Shown piece after piece: positions 46,279 to 58,599 of a stretch of DNA of 64,000 nt (position 1 is its first letter; the number at the start of each line of letters is the position of its first letter). The translations under genes and the position numbers were made by a program. The notes under the pieces were generated by a model. It was not told where the DNA came from. It saw nothing but the letters and a program-made list of their open reading frames with translations, and searched no databases. Origin of the DNA: Squalus acanthias (lineage: Eukaryota); NCBI GenBank assembly GCA_030390025.1, contig CM059431.1, forward strand, positions 133,364,001 to 133,428,000. Direction: 5' to 3'.

Positions 46279-47883
46279 ACATATATTCCAGAAGGAAATT
46301 ATCAACTTAAACTTACCTACAAGACTGGAACAAGAAGACTGATCCATTAGGTTAGAGGGTGGGTTTTTATACTAAAAATTAATAACTTAAATCTCAAGAA
46401 AATATGAAACTAACTGACCACTTTTCTCCTTCACAAGTTTATCTAGAACCCGCCTTAATGGTATTACAGAGCTCCTGTTTCTGTACCATGTCTAAATACG
46501 AGACTTTTTATACAAATCTCCCCATCTTACTTGAATTGCCCTCCTAAAGTTAACCCTTTCCCTGCTGCTCTTGTTTTTGTGTTCTCTCTCAGATGCACAT
46601 TGATACTCATAAATGAAAGAATTTCAACTGCGCTAAACACTTACAACTTGTTACAAAATAAATAAGCAATGCAAAGTTTCAAATTCATAGTTTTACTTGT
46701 CACACTTGCTGTGCATTATTGATGATCGGAGCATAGGGTGTAGTTCAGGTGAAGTCAAAGTGTCCTTTAAGCTGAGGATTATGGTTTCTCTTCTCACTCA
46801 CTCATTCACTCACTCTCTCTCTCTCTCTCTCTCTCTCAAACTGATAGCCATTCAAATACAACCTGAGAAATACCTCACAGTATCACTCATTCCACCCGTT
46901 GTAGGTACCCAGCACAGCTGTATCTCACCCAGGGGATTTAGATAGTCAGTTTGAGGAGAGGAGGAGAGTATGTCAGGTGAGTCGTAGTACATGCATGAGG
47001 ATGAGAAGATGGAGGTGGCAGTGAAGGAACAAAAAGGTGCTGGCTAGAGGGTCTGCTTACTTCCTTCCTCAGCTCTGGAAAATAGACCTCACAGTTTGCT
47101 TACAAAAGATTGCTGTCCGAGCACAATAGTCCACTGGACTCATTTGAGTCTGTACAACTGCTAGGTGTGGCTCGCAGTGTGGAAGAGTCCACTAACCACA
47201 CCTATGCAATTATGCAAGAAAGTTTCTCAACACTGCAGTCTACAATGGATGCATGACAATGCCAGGAGCATCTGAAGTGGAGCCCCAGTGACACAGGTCC
47301 TAAGGACAGTCAGAGAATCTTTCATGAATGTTCAGTTTGCTGCTATAAAGGCCTAAAACTTCCACATACAAGATCTCTTGTCCAGCTTAAATCTCTGGGG
47401 GGAACAGATAGAGAGAATCTTGAGGACGGGGACTCACAGAACTCATTGTTGCCCTCAGGCATCTCCCATGCAGATGAGTGGTCATGTTGAGAGAGTGCCC
47501 ACCAAAAGGGGCATGGTTGAAATAAGCATGGATTAGACTGCTGTCTACCTAGGCAATGGGACTTCATTAACATTCTGAGATCTGTCTTCTGCTCTGGTAC
47601 CTCCAGTAAATTCTCACTGAGTACATACTAAATGTTACTTTTTCTTCGTACAAATCTCATCACTTTACATTGTTCTTTATTAAACATCATCTGCTACTAT
47701 TTTGCTCATAAAACCAGCATCTCCAAACCCGTCTGAAGTTGTATGCCTTGGTTTTCAGTAATTGCAACTGCTGAAAATGCAGACATTTTCAAACTGATTC
47801 CAGTTACTAAGTCAGTAATAAAATTGATAAACAGCAATTTGGCACACCACTAACAACTGGTTCCCAACCAGATATTTTCCCAC

Positions 47884-48286
47884 TGTAACAGAGTGAGAGA
47901 GGGACGCTATGTGAGCCATAGGCTTTTGAGAGCCCTGTATCCGCTACAGAGGTACAGCCTTAAAAAATTGTATAAAATGTCAGAATGACCAAAGCAAGGT
48001 GTTATAGCCTTAAGAAATATTTAAAGGCAATTAAGGTCAATCAGGAATGACTCCCAGCCTGGAAGGATAAAAGGCAGGGGAAGAGTTCAGTAAGATAAGG
48101 TTGGTGCAGAAGGAGCTAAGAGTGTGAATGTGTATGCTGGAAAGTGATCTGTGATACTGTTTTGTTTATCTCTGCATGTAAAGACAAACTGCCATGGCTG
48201 AATAAACCTCACTTGTTGTGAACATTAAGTTCCAGTCTGCGTGTCTAATTGACCACTGGGTCCTAGGCCTGCTACAGCGTGCTACA
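47884..48286 (+). mobile_element. Short solo LTR (~400 bp)
   Basis: TGTAACA...TGCTACA termini; flanks CCAC/CCAT; GATAAAA at ~48066 and AATAAA at 48201. Confidence 0.6.
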
Positions 48287-48857
48287 CCATTCACTATTGT
48301 TGCTTTCTTTCAAGAACCATTCTTTTATCAATTCTGCCTTGATATGTTTGCTGCTGCATGTTCTTTCTATTTGGTTTGATTGTTTCTGGCATTGTATTAC
48401 TGTTTGGAAACAAATCCCAGAAAACGGACTTATTCTTCTGTGGATACTTTTAACATTTCAGTAACAATTATAATCATCAGAGTTTAACTGCCAAGACACT
48501 GTTACTGATTAATGAATCTTTGCTATCTTCCTTTGGTTTTTGAATTAGGTTCAATAGGACAACCATACAGTTGCAGTAAAGTACATATTGTAATGAATAA
48601 TCATAACAAAGCATTTCATGTGCAAATTCTTAGAGAGGGCAGGTGTTAAAATAGAAGGAAATGTAAGTGTGTCAAAGTACATAGAGTGTCCAAGTTAATC
48701 GAGAGTGTCCAAGTTAATCTTTACCCTGCCAAGTTTCTTACTCTCCAAAAATGAATTCCAACTGCAGATTTGACATCGTTTCCTGAGCTACCTTGACATT
48801 ATATAAACTGTCTTTGAGTAAATAGCATTCACAGTAAAAGAATGAAGAAAAAAATGA

Positions 48858-51112
48858 GGCTGTGAAATTCAGCTCTGTAGCGCCCGGTTTTTCGGCACTA
48901 TGGGTGCCATTTTGTGTCCATAATGGCGTCTGAGCAGCGCACGCACACTTCTGGTGTGGGCCACGCTAGATGCCATTTTGGCGGGGGCGTTAGTGTCGGC
49001 GCCGGAAGTATGCAGAGTAGGCAGATCGTGAAGGTCAATCAGCACGTAACGCTGATTTGACGCCAGCGCTGCCATTTTTGACCTCGGCGATGGAGCTAAT
49101 GCCTTCTCTTAACCTCGCATAGCTGAACATGAGTTAAGCAGCAGGAAGGACCCCCTCCAGCACTATTTAAAGAGATCATTAACAACTTAAAGGTTAGTTG
49201 CTGTTTGATTTCTCCTAGCTGTTGCTGAGTTTGCAGAAGAGTTTGGTGCGTTCTAGAGTTCTTTAAAGTTGCCTAAAGTCTACAGGGAGTGGTGTGGCAT
49301 GTGCTCAAGGACTTGGTACTGACTTGCAAGGCTTCTGCTCAGACCAGTTGCTCCCAGGCATGGGTGCAGCAGTTTGTATCACCCTTGGCCTGCAGCATGA
49401 TAGGGAGAATGAGCAGAGGTGACACAGAGCAGGACAAGCTGCCAGAATAGGGAGGAGGAGGAAGAGAAGGGCTCTCAGCAGGAGGCCATATCCACCCAGG
49501 GTTTTCAGGGAGAAATTCTCCTACCTCAACCTCAGCAAGCAACAGGGTGTATGACGTCTCCGCTTCACTAAGGAGGTGCTCACCGAAATCTGCCACCTGT
49601 TGAAGGCAAAACTGCAGCCTCAGAGCAGGGTGAGGACCACATTGCCAGTGGCTGTCAAGGTTATGGTGGCCATGAACTTTTATGCTTCGGGCTCCTTCCA
49701 AGCTGGAGCAGGCGATATTTGCAACATCTCCCAGTTCGCTGTCCACTGCTGTATAAGGGAGGTCACTGAGGCACTGTATGCAAAGAGAGTTGAATACATT
49801 TCATTCTCTCTTGCTAGAGAGAAGCAGGTGGAGCGAGCACGCGGCTTTGTGAGGATTGCAGGCTTCCCCATGGTGCAGGTTGCATTTGACTGCACACACG
49901 CCGCTTTGCGGGCGCCGCATGTCAATTCGGAGATGTACCGCAACCAGAAGGGATTCCATTCCTTCAATGTTCAGCTGGTGTGCAACCATACGTAACGCAT
50001 CATGCAGGTCAATGTTTGGTATCCAGGCAGCAGTCATGATGCCTTCATTCTGCGATAGTCTGCTGTACTATCAGTCTTTGAACCAACACAACAAACCAGA
50101 GGGTGGCTACTGGGTGATAAGGGCTATCTGCTGACGACCTGGCTCATGACTCCAATGCGCAAACTAAGCATGTATGGCCAAAATGCATATAACAAAAGCC
50201 ATGCTGCCACACGGAATGTGATCAAGCAGACCATTGGTGTGCTTAAACAATGCTTCTGCTGCCTGGACCGCTCTGGAGGAGCCCTGCAGTACTCACCAAG
50301 TCTCAAGAATTGTTGTGGTCTGCTGCATGCTCCACAACCTCAAAATCATGAGGAACCAGCCCTTGCCACCAGGCATATGGTGACTAGCTGAGGAAGATGA
50401 AGAGGAGGAGGAGAAGGAGGAAGAGGAGGAGGAGGAAGGAAGGAGGCAACCCAGACAGTTCCTTTTTGCCGTGGCTGTCTGTGATCGACTCATCCAACTG
50501 CGGTACCAGTGAACGCAACCCCAATTCCCCCATTCACCAATAGTCCTACACCTTACCTTCCCTATCATACTCACAATCACAGCGCCTCGTGGCCACAATG
50601 CTACAATAAAAGCCACCACAAAACAAATATTCCAAACCAAATTTATAAATCAAGCCATTCCAATATTTAATTCAAAAGTCAACTCATCACCCTTGTGCTT
50701 TCCCTTAGTGCCTGCCTTCCGTGTGCCTTTGCCTATCCTAGTGCTCCTACACAGTGCTACCCCAGTGACTGCATTATGGCTGGTGAAAGGCTGCTGACTT
50801 TCAGTGGGGGAGACTGCAGATGGCCTTGGAGAATGACCTCAAGCAGCTCTGGGCCTAGTAGGCTCGGCTTCGGATTGCACCACCTTGGCATGGGTGGCAG
50901 CAGTCTGGGCTGGCTGGCTGATAGGCAACAGCAAAGGCACTGGCAGAGTGAGGGGACGAATGCTTTCATCCTGAGAGAGGAGAGCAGGTTCGTGCTTAAC
51001 GGAGCCACTGCCACTCCCCCCGGGGCGGCGCCTTAGCAATCCTAGTAATCTGTTGGAGAACAGATTGCTGGAATGCTGTGGCACCCTGCAAGCCCATTTC
51101 AACACTGGTAAC
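48858..51112. mobile_element. Decayed Harbinger (third subfamily), right part replaced by CR1
   Basis: Left end GGCTGTGAAATTC; transposase remnant on + and partner C-terminal remnant on - (~50690-51105). Confidence 0.75.
49360..50512 (+). pseudogene. Harbinger transposase with multiple stops
   Basis: VAVKVMVAMNFYASGSFQ, AFDCTH, LLGDKGY and IGVLKQCFCCLDRSGGALQY motifs; acidic tail. Confidence 0.88.
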
Positions 51113-51993
51113 CCAGTCAGTTTAACCTCGGTAGTGGGGAAGCTTTAGAAACGATAATCCGAGACAAAATTAACAGTTACTTGGACAAGTATGGATTAAT
51201 TAAGGAAAGCCAGCACAGATTTGTTAAAGGCAAATCATGTTTAACTAACTTGATTGAGTTTTTTGATGAGGTAACAGAGAGGGTTGATGAGGGTAATGTG
51301 GTTGATGTGGTGTACAGGGACTTCCAAAAGGCGTTCGACAAGGTGCCACATAATAGGCTTGCCAGCAAAGTTGAAGACCATGGAATAAAAGGGACAGTGG
51401 CAGCATGGATACGAAATTGGCTAAGTGACAGGAAACAGAGAGTAGTGGTGAATGGTTGTTTATCGGGCTGGAGGAAGGTACACAGTGGTGTTCCCCCAGA
51501 GGTCGGTACTAGGACCACTGCTTTTCTTGATATATATTAATGACTTAGACTTGGGAGTACAGGGCACAATTTCAAAATTTGCAGATGACACAAAACTTGG
51601 AAGTATAGTCAACAGTGAGGAGAATAGTGATAGGGGGAGAAATTCGGTATCGCCCCGTTTGGGGCGCAATTATTGGCCGGGCGCAAAGTTTAGCGCCTGG
51701 CGCTAATTATCGCCTCCGACTGCAAACTTGGCTTTTATCGCCCCTGGAGGTGATTGGAGCGCTAAATCAGGCGCTGCACACCTGTCTTAAGGTGCAAAGG
51801 CCGAGGAGCGAGGCGCTAACTCAGAGTGCTGGCGAAGCTCAGGTGATATCAGTTAGCGATGGAACACAGACACACTGGCGCCGGACAGTTCTTAAAGGGG
51901 AGGGTCGATCTTGCACTCCAGCCACACCCTGCTCATTGGAGTCTTGAATCTCGGCCTGGAGAGACCTGTGCCTAAATTTTCCAGCCAAGGACC

Positions 51994-53699
51994 ATGGAGA
52001 GGGTGAGAGAACGAGCTCAGCGCTACAGCGAGCGGGACTTGGAGGCTCTGGTTGGCGCGGTGGAGCGCAGAAGGTCCATACTCTACCCTGAGAGTAGCAG
52101 GAGGCCTTTGCCGTGTGACTACAGAAGAGTGTGGAGGGAGGTGGCTCAGAGCGTCTCCTCCAGGAGCATGGTGCCCAGGACCCATGTACAATGTCGAAAA
52201 AAGTTCAACGACCTCACTCGGGTCGTCAGGGTGAGTGGCTTTTTTTCAATACCTCTCCATCCCTCCATCTCAACCTCACTCTATGGCCAGAGGGTCTTAA
52301 AACCCCAATGCCCAACACTCATCCAACACCTATGGCCCTCTCATAAAACACACACGCACATTCCACACCTTGCATACAGTAAGGGCTATTCAACTATGGG
52401 AGGCATATCAGGCAAGAGCATGGCTGTATATTGTAAGGGCTATTCAACTATGGGAGTCACATCAGGTAAGACCATGGCTGTATATTTACTCAGACGCCAT
52501 CCTTTTTCTTGCAGGCCAAGCAATCTCATAACAGGAGACAGCAGCAATGGACAGGTGGAGGGCAGCCTCAGCTGCAACCCCTCAGCGATTGTGGCAAGCC
52601 AGGTGATCGGTCCCATTGCCCCTGGAGAGGTCGACCCTGTTCGGGACAGCAATGGTAAGGTCATCAGCTTTCTCTCCTCTCGCATTCCACTTGTCCCTCA
52701 CAACACAAGCCTTTGACACTTTCAATCCAACTTACTAAATCGCTCCACTCCTTCCTCCCTTACTGCCCCCCTGTCCTCACGCTAAAGCCACTCTTGCACC
52801 TCCCTGCTTTCAGATGGTGATTCACCAGCTGAGGAGACGAGCCCTCAAGCAGCCAGTGGGAGCGAAGCCACAGGCGAGGAGGAAGAGGAAGCTGGAGCCT
52901 CAGCTCTCCCGAGGAAGCCCATGGCCACACTGGGACCACGTCTTCCCTGGAGGGGAGCAGGGGGGAAGGGTCTGATGAGGGTGAAGCTCCGGGACCCAGC
53001 GGGCTGCAGCAACGCGATATGGGTAGGGAAACTCGGGGGCCTTCTCCCCAGAGGGAGAGTAGGCCAGCGAGTCCTGCTGCACTGGACGCAAAGGAGAAGT
53101 GGCTCATCGCTGAAATGAACACCCAGGCAGTGGACATGCACACTCAGCTCATGGGTGCAGTGGGAAGGGTGCCCGAAAGCATTGATGCACTGGCAAGGAG
53201 TGTGGAGCACAGGCGGATGCCACGCAAATGCTTAGTGCTGCAATTCAGTCACTGGCTGCTGTGATCCAATCTCAGACTGGTCTCATGCAGACTCAGATTG
53301 AAGTCATGCAAGCACTGACTGCTGCCATCCTCGCTGGTTCAGCCACATTGCCCCGGGGCTCTCACTGTGCCGCAGCAGACCAGCAATCTGTGCTCCAGCA
53401 GATTGCTCCGGATGCTGAGGTGCTGCCCCGTGGGAGTGCCAGTGTGTCGGTCGAGCAGGGAGTTGCTGTCCTCTCTCAAGATGACAGCATTCCTGCTGCC
53501 ACCACTGTCACTTCAGGCCCTCCAGGCCCAGAGCTGGTCGAGGCCGTCCTTCGAGGGCATCTGTAGTCTCAGGTTCTGACATTCAGCAGCCTTCCACCAG
53601 CCTTGCTGCAGCCACTGGGGCCCCATTACGGAGGAGCAGTAGGGTGGGAACGGGGGAAGTGCACAAGGGAAGGGTTCACCCTCGAAGGGCAAAAAGTAG
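51994..53699 (+). pseudogene. Harbinger Myb/SANT partner gene, frameshifted after exon 1
   Basis: Exon 1 MERVRERAQRYSERDLEALV..RKKFNDLTRVVR|GTGAGT (51994-52230); deletions in exons 2-3. Confidence 0.85.
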
Positions 53700-53790
53700 G
53701 AGGTCTGACGAAGTGTTGGGAATGTTTTTATTAAAGGCCGAGGTTCATGTTCAAACTTTTGTTTCGTGTTTTGGCCATTATCTCCAGGTT

Positions 53791-54798
53791 AGATACATAG
53801 ATACATATAGAACAGTACAGCACAGTACAGGCCCTTTGGCCCTCGATGTTGTGCCGAGCATTGTCCGAGACCAAGATCAAGCTATCACACTCCCTATCCA
53901 GAGGCTCTGCAATCTCCTCCCTTGCCTCCCAAAGAATCCTAGGATATATCCCATCTGGCCCAGGGGACTTATCGACCCTCAGGTTCTTCAAAATTGCTAA
54001 AACATCTTCCCTCAGAACATCTACCACCTCCAGCCTATCCACCTTTATCACACTCTCATCCTCAAGAACATGGCCCCTCTCCTCGGTGAACACTGACGAA
54101 AAGTATTCATTCATCACCTCTCCTATCTCTTCTGACTCCATGCACAAGTTCCCACTACTGTCCTTGACCGGCCCTACCCTCACCCTGGTCATTCTTTTAT
54201 TTCTCACATAAGAGTAAAAAGCCTTGGGGTTTTTCTTGATCCGACCCGCCAAGGACTTCTCATGCCCCCTCCTAGCTCTCCTAAGCTCTTTTTTTAGCTC
54301 ATTCCTTGCTACCTTGTACCCCTCAATCGACCCAACTGAACCTTGTTTTCTCATCCTTACATACGCTTCCTTTTTCCTCTTGACTAGACATTCAACCTCT
54401 TTTGTGAACCATGGTTCTCTCACTCGGCCATTTCCTCCCTGCCTGACAGGGACATACCTATCAAGGACACGCAGTAATTGCTCCATGAAAAAGCTCCACT
54501 TTTCGTTTGTGCCTTTCCCTGATAGTTTCTGTTTCCATCTTATACTCCCTAATTCTTGCCTAATCGCATCATAATTACCCCTCCCCCAATTATAAACCCT
54601 GCCCTGCCGTATGGCCCTATCCCTCTCCATTGCAATAGTGAAAGTTACCGAATTGTGGTCACTATCTCCAAAGTGCTCTCCCACATACAAATCAAACACT
54701 TGGCCCGGTTCATTGCCCAGTACCAAATCCAACGTGGCCCCACCTCTTGTCGGCCTATCCACATATTGTGTCAGGAAACCCTCCTGCACACACTGTGT
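53791..54798 (-). mobile_element. Internally deleted CR1 (post-endonuclease linker joined directly to the 3' UTR/tail)
   Basis: PTRGGATLDLVL..SDH..KSPGPDGIYPRIL, then a jump at ~53895 to the 3' UTR and (TATGTATC)n tail; GGTT on both flanks. Confidence 0.82.
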
Positions 54799-54932
54799 GG
54801 TTGTGAGAACCAGTTATATTAATTAATGATTTTTTGTGTTTGTTTGTATTAGTTTGTCAAGAAATGACACACACAGAGTTTGTAAAATAAAAAAGTTTTT
54901 CTATTCAAAATGTACATATTTGGCCTTTGGAA

Positions 54933-57660
54933 TCATTGCTGCCTTGGCCGGCTTTGGGGTTGCGGGTTGCTTTCATTCATGTTGTTCTCCATGCCAGAAG
55001 CCATTTCCCGAGTAGGGGCCGAGAAGCGGCTTGTTATCAGTCGTTGACGGATCGCCCTTGCAGTTTCAACATTGTGGGCCTCCCTCCCGCCTTGGTGTTG
55101 CTGTTGATCATCCTCCTCCTCTTCCTCCTCCTCTTCCTCCTCCTCCGGTGGTGCACCAAGGCCTGGTGGCATTGACTGGGTCCTGAGGATTGCCAGGTTA
55201 TGAAGAATGCAGCACACAACTATGAAGAGGGAGACTCGCTCAGGTGAGTACTGCAGGGCTCCTCCTGAGTGGTCCAGACATCGGAACCGTTGCTTGAGCA
55301 CGCCGATCGTCTGCTCAATGATGTTCCTGGTGGCGAGATGGCTCTCATTATACCGCAGCTCAGCAGGGGTGTTGGGGTTACAGAGCGGTGTCATCAGCCA
55401 GGTGCACAGTGGATGATAACCCTTGTCCCCGAGGAGCCAACCACTTGGCTGATGCCATGCCTGGAAAAGGTCTGGCACAGCAGTCTGGTGCAGGATGAAA
55501 GCATCGTGGCTGCTGCTAGGATAGTGGGCATTGACAGCGAGTATCAGCTGTCTGTGGTCACAGACCAACTGGACATTTAAGGAGTGGAACCCCTTGCGGT
55601 TTTGGAACACCTCTGCATTCTCATGCGGTGCCTGCAATGCCATATGCGTGCAGTCAATGGCACCCTGCACCATGGGGAAGCCCGCTATCCTCGCAAAGCC
55701 CAATGCGCGTTCATGCTGTTTGGCCCGGGTCATCGGGAAAGAGATGTACTGGCGTCTCCTTTTATAGAGGGCATTTGTGACCTGACGGATACAGCAATGG
55801 ACAGTGAACTGGGAGATATTGGCGATGTCCCCAGCAGCTGCTTGAAAGGAGCCGGTGGCATAAAAATTCAGAGCCACTGTTGTGAAGGAATGAGCCATAC
55901 CTATTCAGAAAAATACACCATCCTATGAACAGAATTCTGACTTTATTAAAACATGACAGACTGGGTTTAAAAATCTAAAAGCCTCAACAACACAAAGCTG
56001 TAAACACCATACAGACATTTGAGATAAGAATCAGTTGTTGACACTAAAACAATAGCCCCATTGAAGCAGCAGATTGGAGCTTCCAGAAAGTCTGAGCTTT
56101 CAGAAGAACACAATAAGAATACCCAGTTAAATTGTTTAAAACCGACACTTTGTAAACAGGCACATGCAAGAAGCACAATGGTATAATGTTAAGGTGTCAT
56201 AAACCAACACTTCGGGAAACAGAAACACAGAACATTAAAGAAACATATGCCTTCATAAATATGACATCAAATGAAACAAGGAGACACAAAGTCTGTAAAA
56301 CAACCAATTGAAGTAGCTAGGAAGACAATCATGTACTCGGTTGAAGTGTTTTTAATTTATATGTTGTAAAAGATACAAACAGAAGACTTTGTAAATATGA
56401 CATCAATAGATTCACCAAGCAATCACATTGTGTTTGTGTTGAACTTGGAACAACTAGGAGACATGAAGTCTGCTTACAACCAGCTGAGGTGATTTAAGAA
56501 TTGAATAGAGACCTTCGTAAGAATGGTACCAAATAGATACATCTGTTATATCCATTTTTTATGATAAGTTTTGAACACCTCAAGATAGAGACACAAGTCT
56601 GCAAGCTAACAGCTGAACTGACAGTAAGAATAGAAAGAAGTCAACAGAAATATAACTAGAGATAATTAGCTTACATCAGCAGGAAACTTCAAAGGATATA
56701 CCACTGAAAAAAGGGTATAAAATATAAAACTTTCAAATAGGAAGACAGAAGTCGCTGGAAGGGGCAAAGCGATTCTCAGCTACAGAACCACTCTGTAAGC
56801 CTACAACTTTTTGAGTCTCGGGTAATCAAAAGTATTTGATTTTGGTGGATATCCTGGATTAAGAAAAAGTAGAAATGTAAAAATGTAACGAAGTTAAGAT
56901 TTGAGAATAAGGATCTCTGATGATAAGAATGGTAAGCTATTTGTTTTTGGAACTGTTAAAGTTGCGATTGACTCACCAACTGTTAACTGCATGTCGGTTC
57001 TTTAATAAATCTATATATTTTTAGAATTGTCTCATATAGTACTTCTGTATCAAACTCGCAAACTCAATCTCTGTACACTCTTTGGTGAGGAGTTGCAGAA
57101 TTCTGGGGGAGTTTTCCGGACCCTCATAATATCCGGAAGGTTACAGTCTAGTTAAACTTATTAAAAGTGCTATCTGGAGGACGGTAACATCTTCAAGTCA
57201 TTCCTTTCCTTTAGGGAGAGATAGTCTGAACCTTTAGACCCAATTAAGCATCTCTAGCATTCGGCTATCTCTAACTTTAGTTGAAGGTGAACGTCTGGGG
57301 AATACGCTTGATCTGGGGTAGCCCGAAAAGGGCTAGGACTAGAAATTATCCCTTCACTGTGACCTTCACTGCCTCCGACAGAGACATCCTGGTCCTCAGT
57401 TGAGGCTGCAGATCTGGCTGCAGCAGGTGGCAAAGCTCAGTGACCACCTCCTTGCTGAAGCGCAGCCTGCACAAACACTGCTCCTCAGACAAATGAATTT
57501 AGGAGAATTGTTCCCGGAATACCCTGGGAGGGTAAAGTCACCTGTGCAGAGGCCTGTTGGCCCTCCTCCGTCTGGCCATGATTGCCACTCTCTCTCTGCG
57601 TCTCTGTCGCCTCCGATTCTGCAGGCGCAGGATGACGACCCGAATCAGTGCAGCCCCCAA
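54933..57660 (-). pseudogene. Harbinger transposase split by the LTR-like insertion at VKVT|VALNFY
   Basis: N-part 57360-57660; C-part ORF 54933-55898 with GAIDCTH, LLGDKGY and IIEQTIG. The normal stop is mutated (TAG>TCG). Confidence 0.9.
55881..57356 (+). mobile_element. Solo-LTR-like insertion (1476 bp), same family as 44754-45858
   Basis: TGTGAAGG...CCTTCA; TSD CTGT (55877-80, 57357-60); TATAAA at 56716; AATAAA at 57004. Confidence 0.87.
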
Positions 57661-58599
57661 AGTCTCTTGGCAATCGAAGTAATGAAGGTCAAATCCAAAA
57701 GTACCTGCAAAGTGATGCTCAGTAGCCAAAACTACTTCACACAGCGTTGACTCCATGCAGAAGTCTCTCTATCTCTCGCTCAGAATCTCTCCCTCTCTGT
57801 CAGAATGAGTGGCGCAAAAATGTCTACCACAAGAAAAGGCAGGAAGAGGGCGCCTTTAAATAGCGACCCCCCAGCCCCTCACCGACTGGAAAATGTTCCA
57901 GTCTCCCTGTCGTTGCTTGCGGCAGGCGGAAAGGAGGGGGGCGCCACTCAATATCCGGTCCGGGGTGCCACCGGGGCGTTGCACGCTCGACTGATGTCAT
58001 GATCTGTGGGCGCAGGAGATCGGGGCGGTAGACTTTTGTGCCGCAGCAAAAACTCTAGTCAATTTCGCGAGAGGCGCAAACATCGTCGCGCCCGGGCGCT
58101 AGTTGCTTTGTGCCCCATTAGTGCCCTAAGAGGGGGGCAAAACGGGAGGCGCAAAACAGCCGAATTTTTCCCCCATAGATTTCAAGAGGACATAGACAGG
58201 CTGGTGGAATGGATGGACACGTGGCAGATGAAATTTAATGCAGAAAAGTGCGAAGTGATACATTTTGGCAGGAAGAATGAGGAGAGGCAATATAAGCTAA
58301 AGGGTACAATCTAAAGTGGGTGCATGGACAGAGAGACCTGGGGGTATATTTGCACAAATCGTTGAAGGTGGCAGGGCAGGTTGAAAAAACAATGAAAAAA
58401 GGATATGGGATCCTGGGCTTCATAAATAGAGGCCTAGAGTACAAAAGCAAGGAAGTTATGGTGAACCTGTATAAAACACTGGTTCAGCCTCAACTGGAGT
58501 ATTGTGTCCAATTCTGAGCACTGCACTTTAGAAAGGATGTGAAGGCCTTAGAGAGGGTGCAGAAAAGATTTACGAGAATGTTTCCAGGGATGAGGGACT

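Larger units (their letters stand above)
51633..58174. mobile_element. Full-length Harbinger family A copy carrying nested CR1 and LTR-like insertions
   Basis: TIRs GGGGGAGAAATTCGG / CCGAATTTTTCCCCC; ATA TSD (51630-32, 58175-77). Confidence 0.93.
51113..58599 (+). mobile_element. CR1 RT fragment (51113-51632 and 58175-58599), split by a Harbinger and ending at an LTR insertion
   Basis: KSCLTNLIEFF, DFQKAFDKVPH and FADDTKL, resuming at FQEDIDRL..WQMKFNAEKC. Confidence 0.9.

Noticed and set aside
46950..47600. Possible ancient Harbinger partner-gene relic (ARSVEES-like)
   Set aside because: Similarity too short and no termini found.
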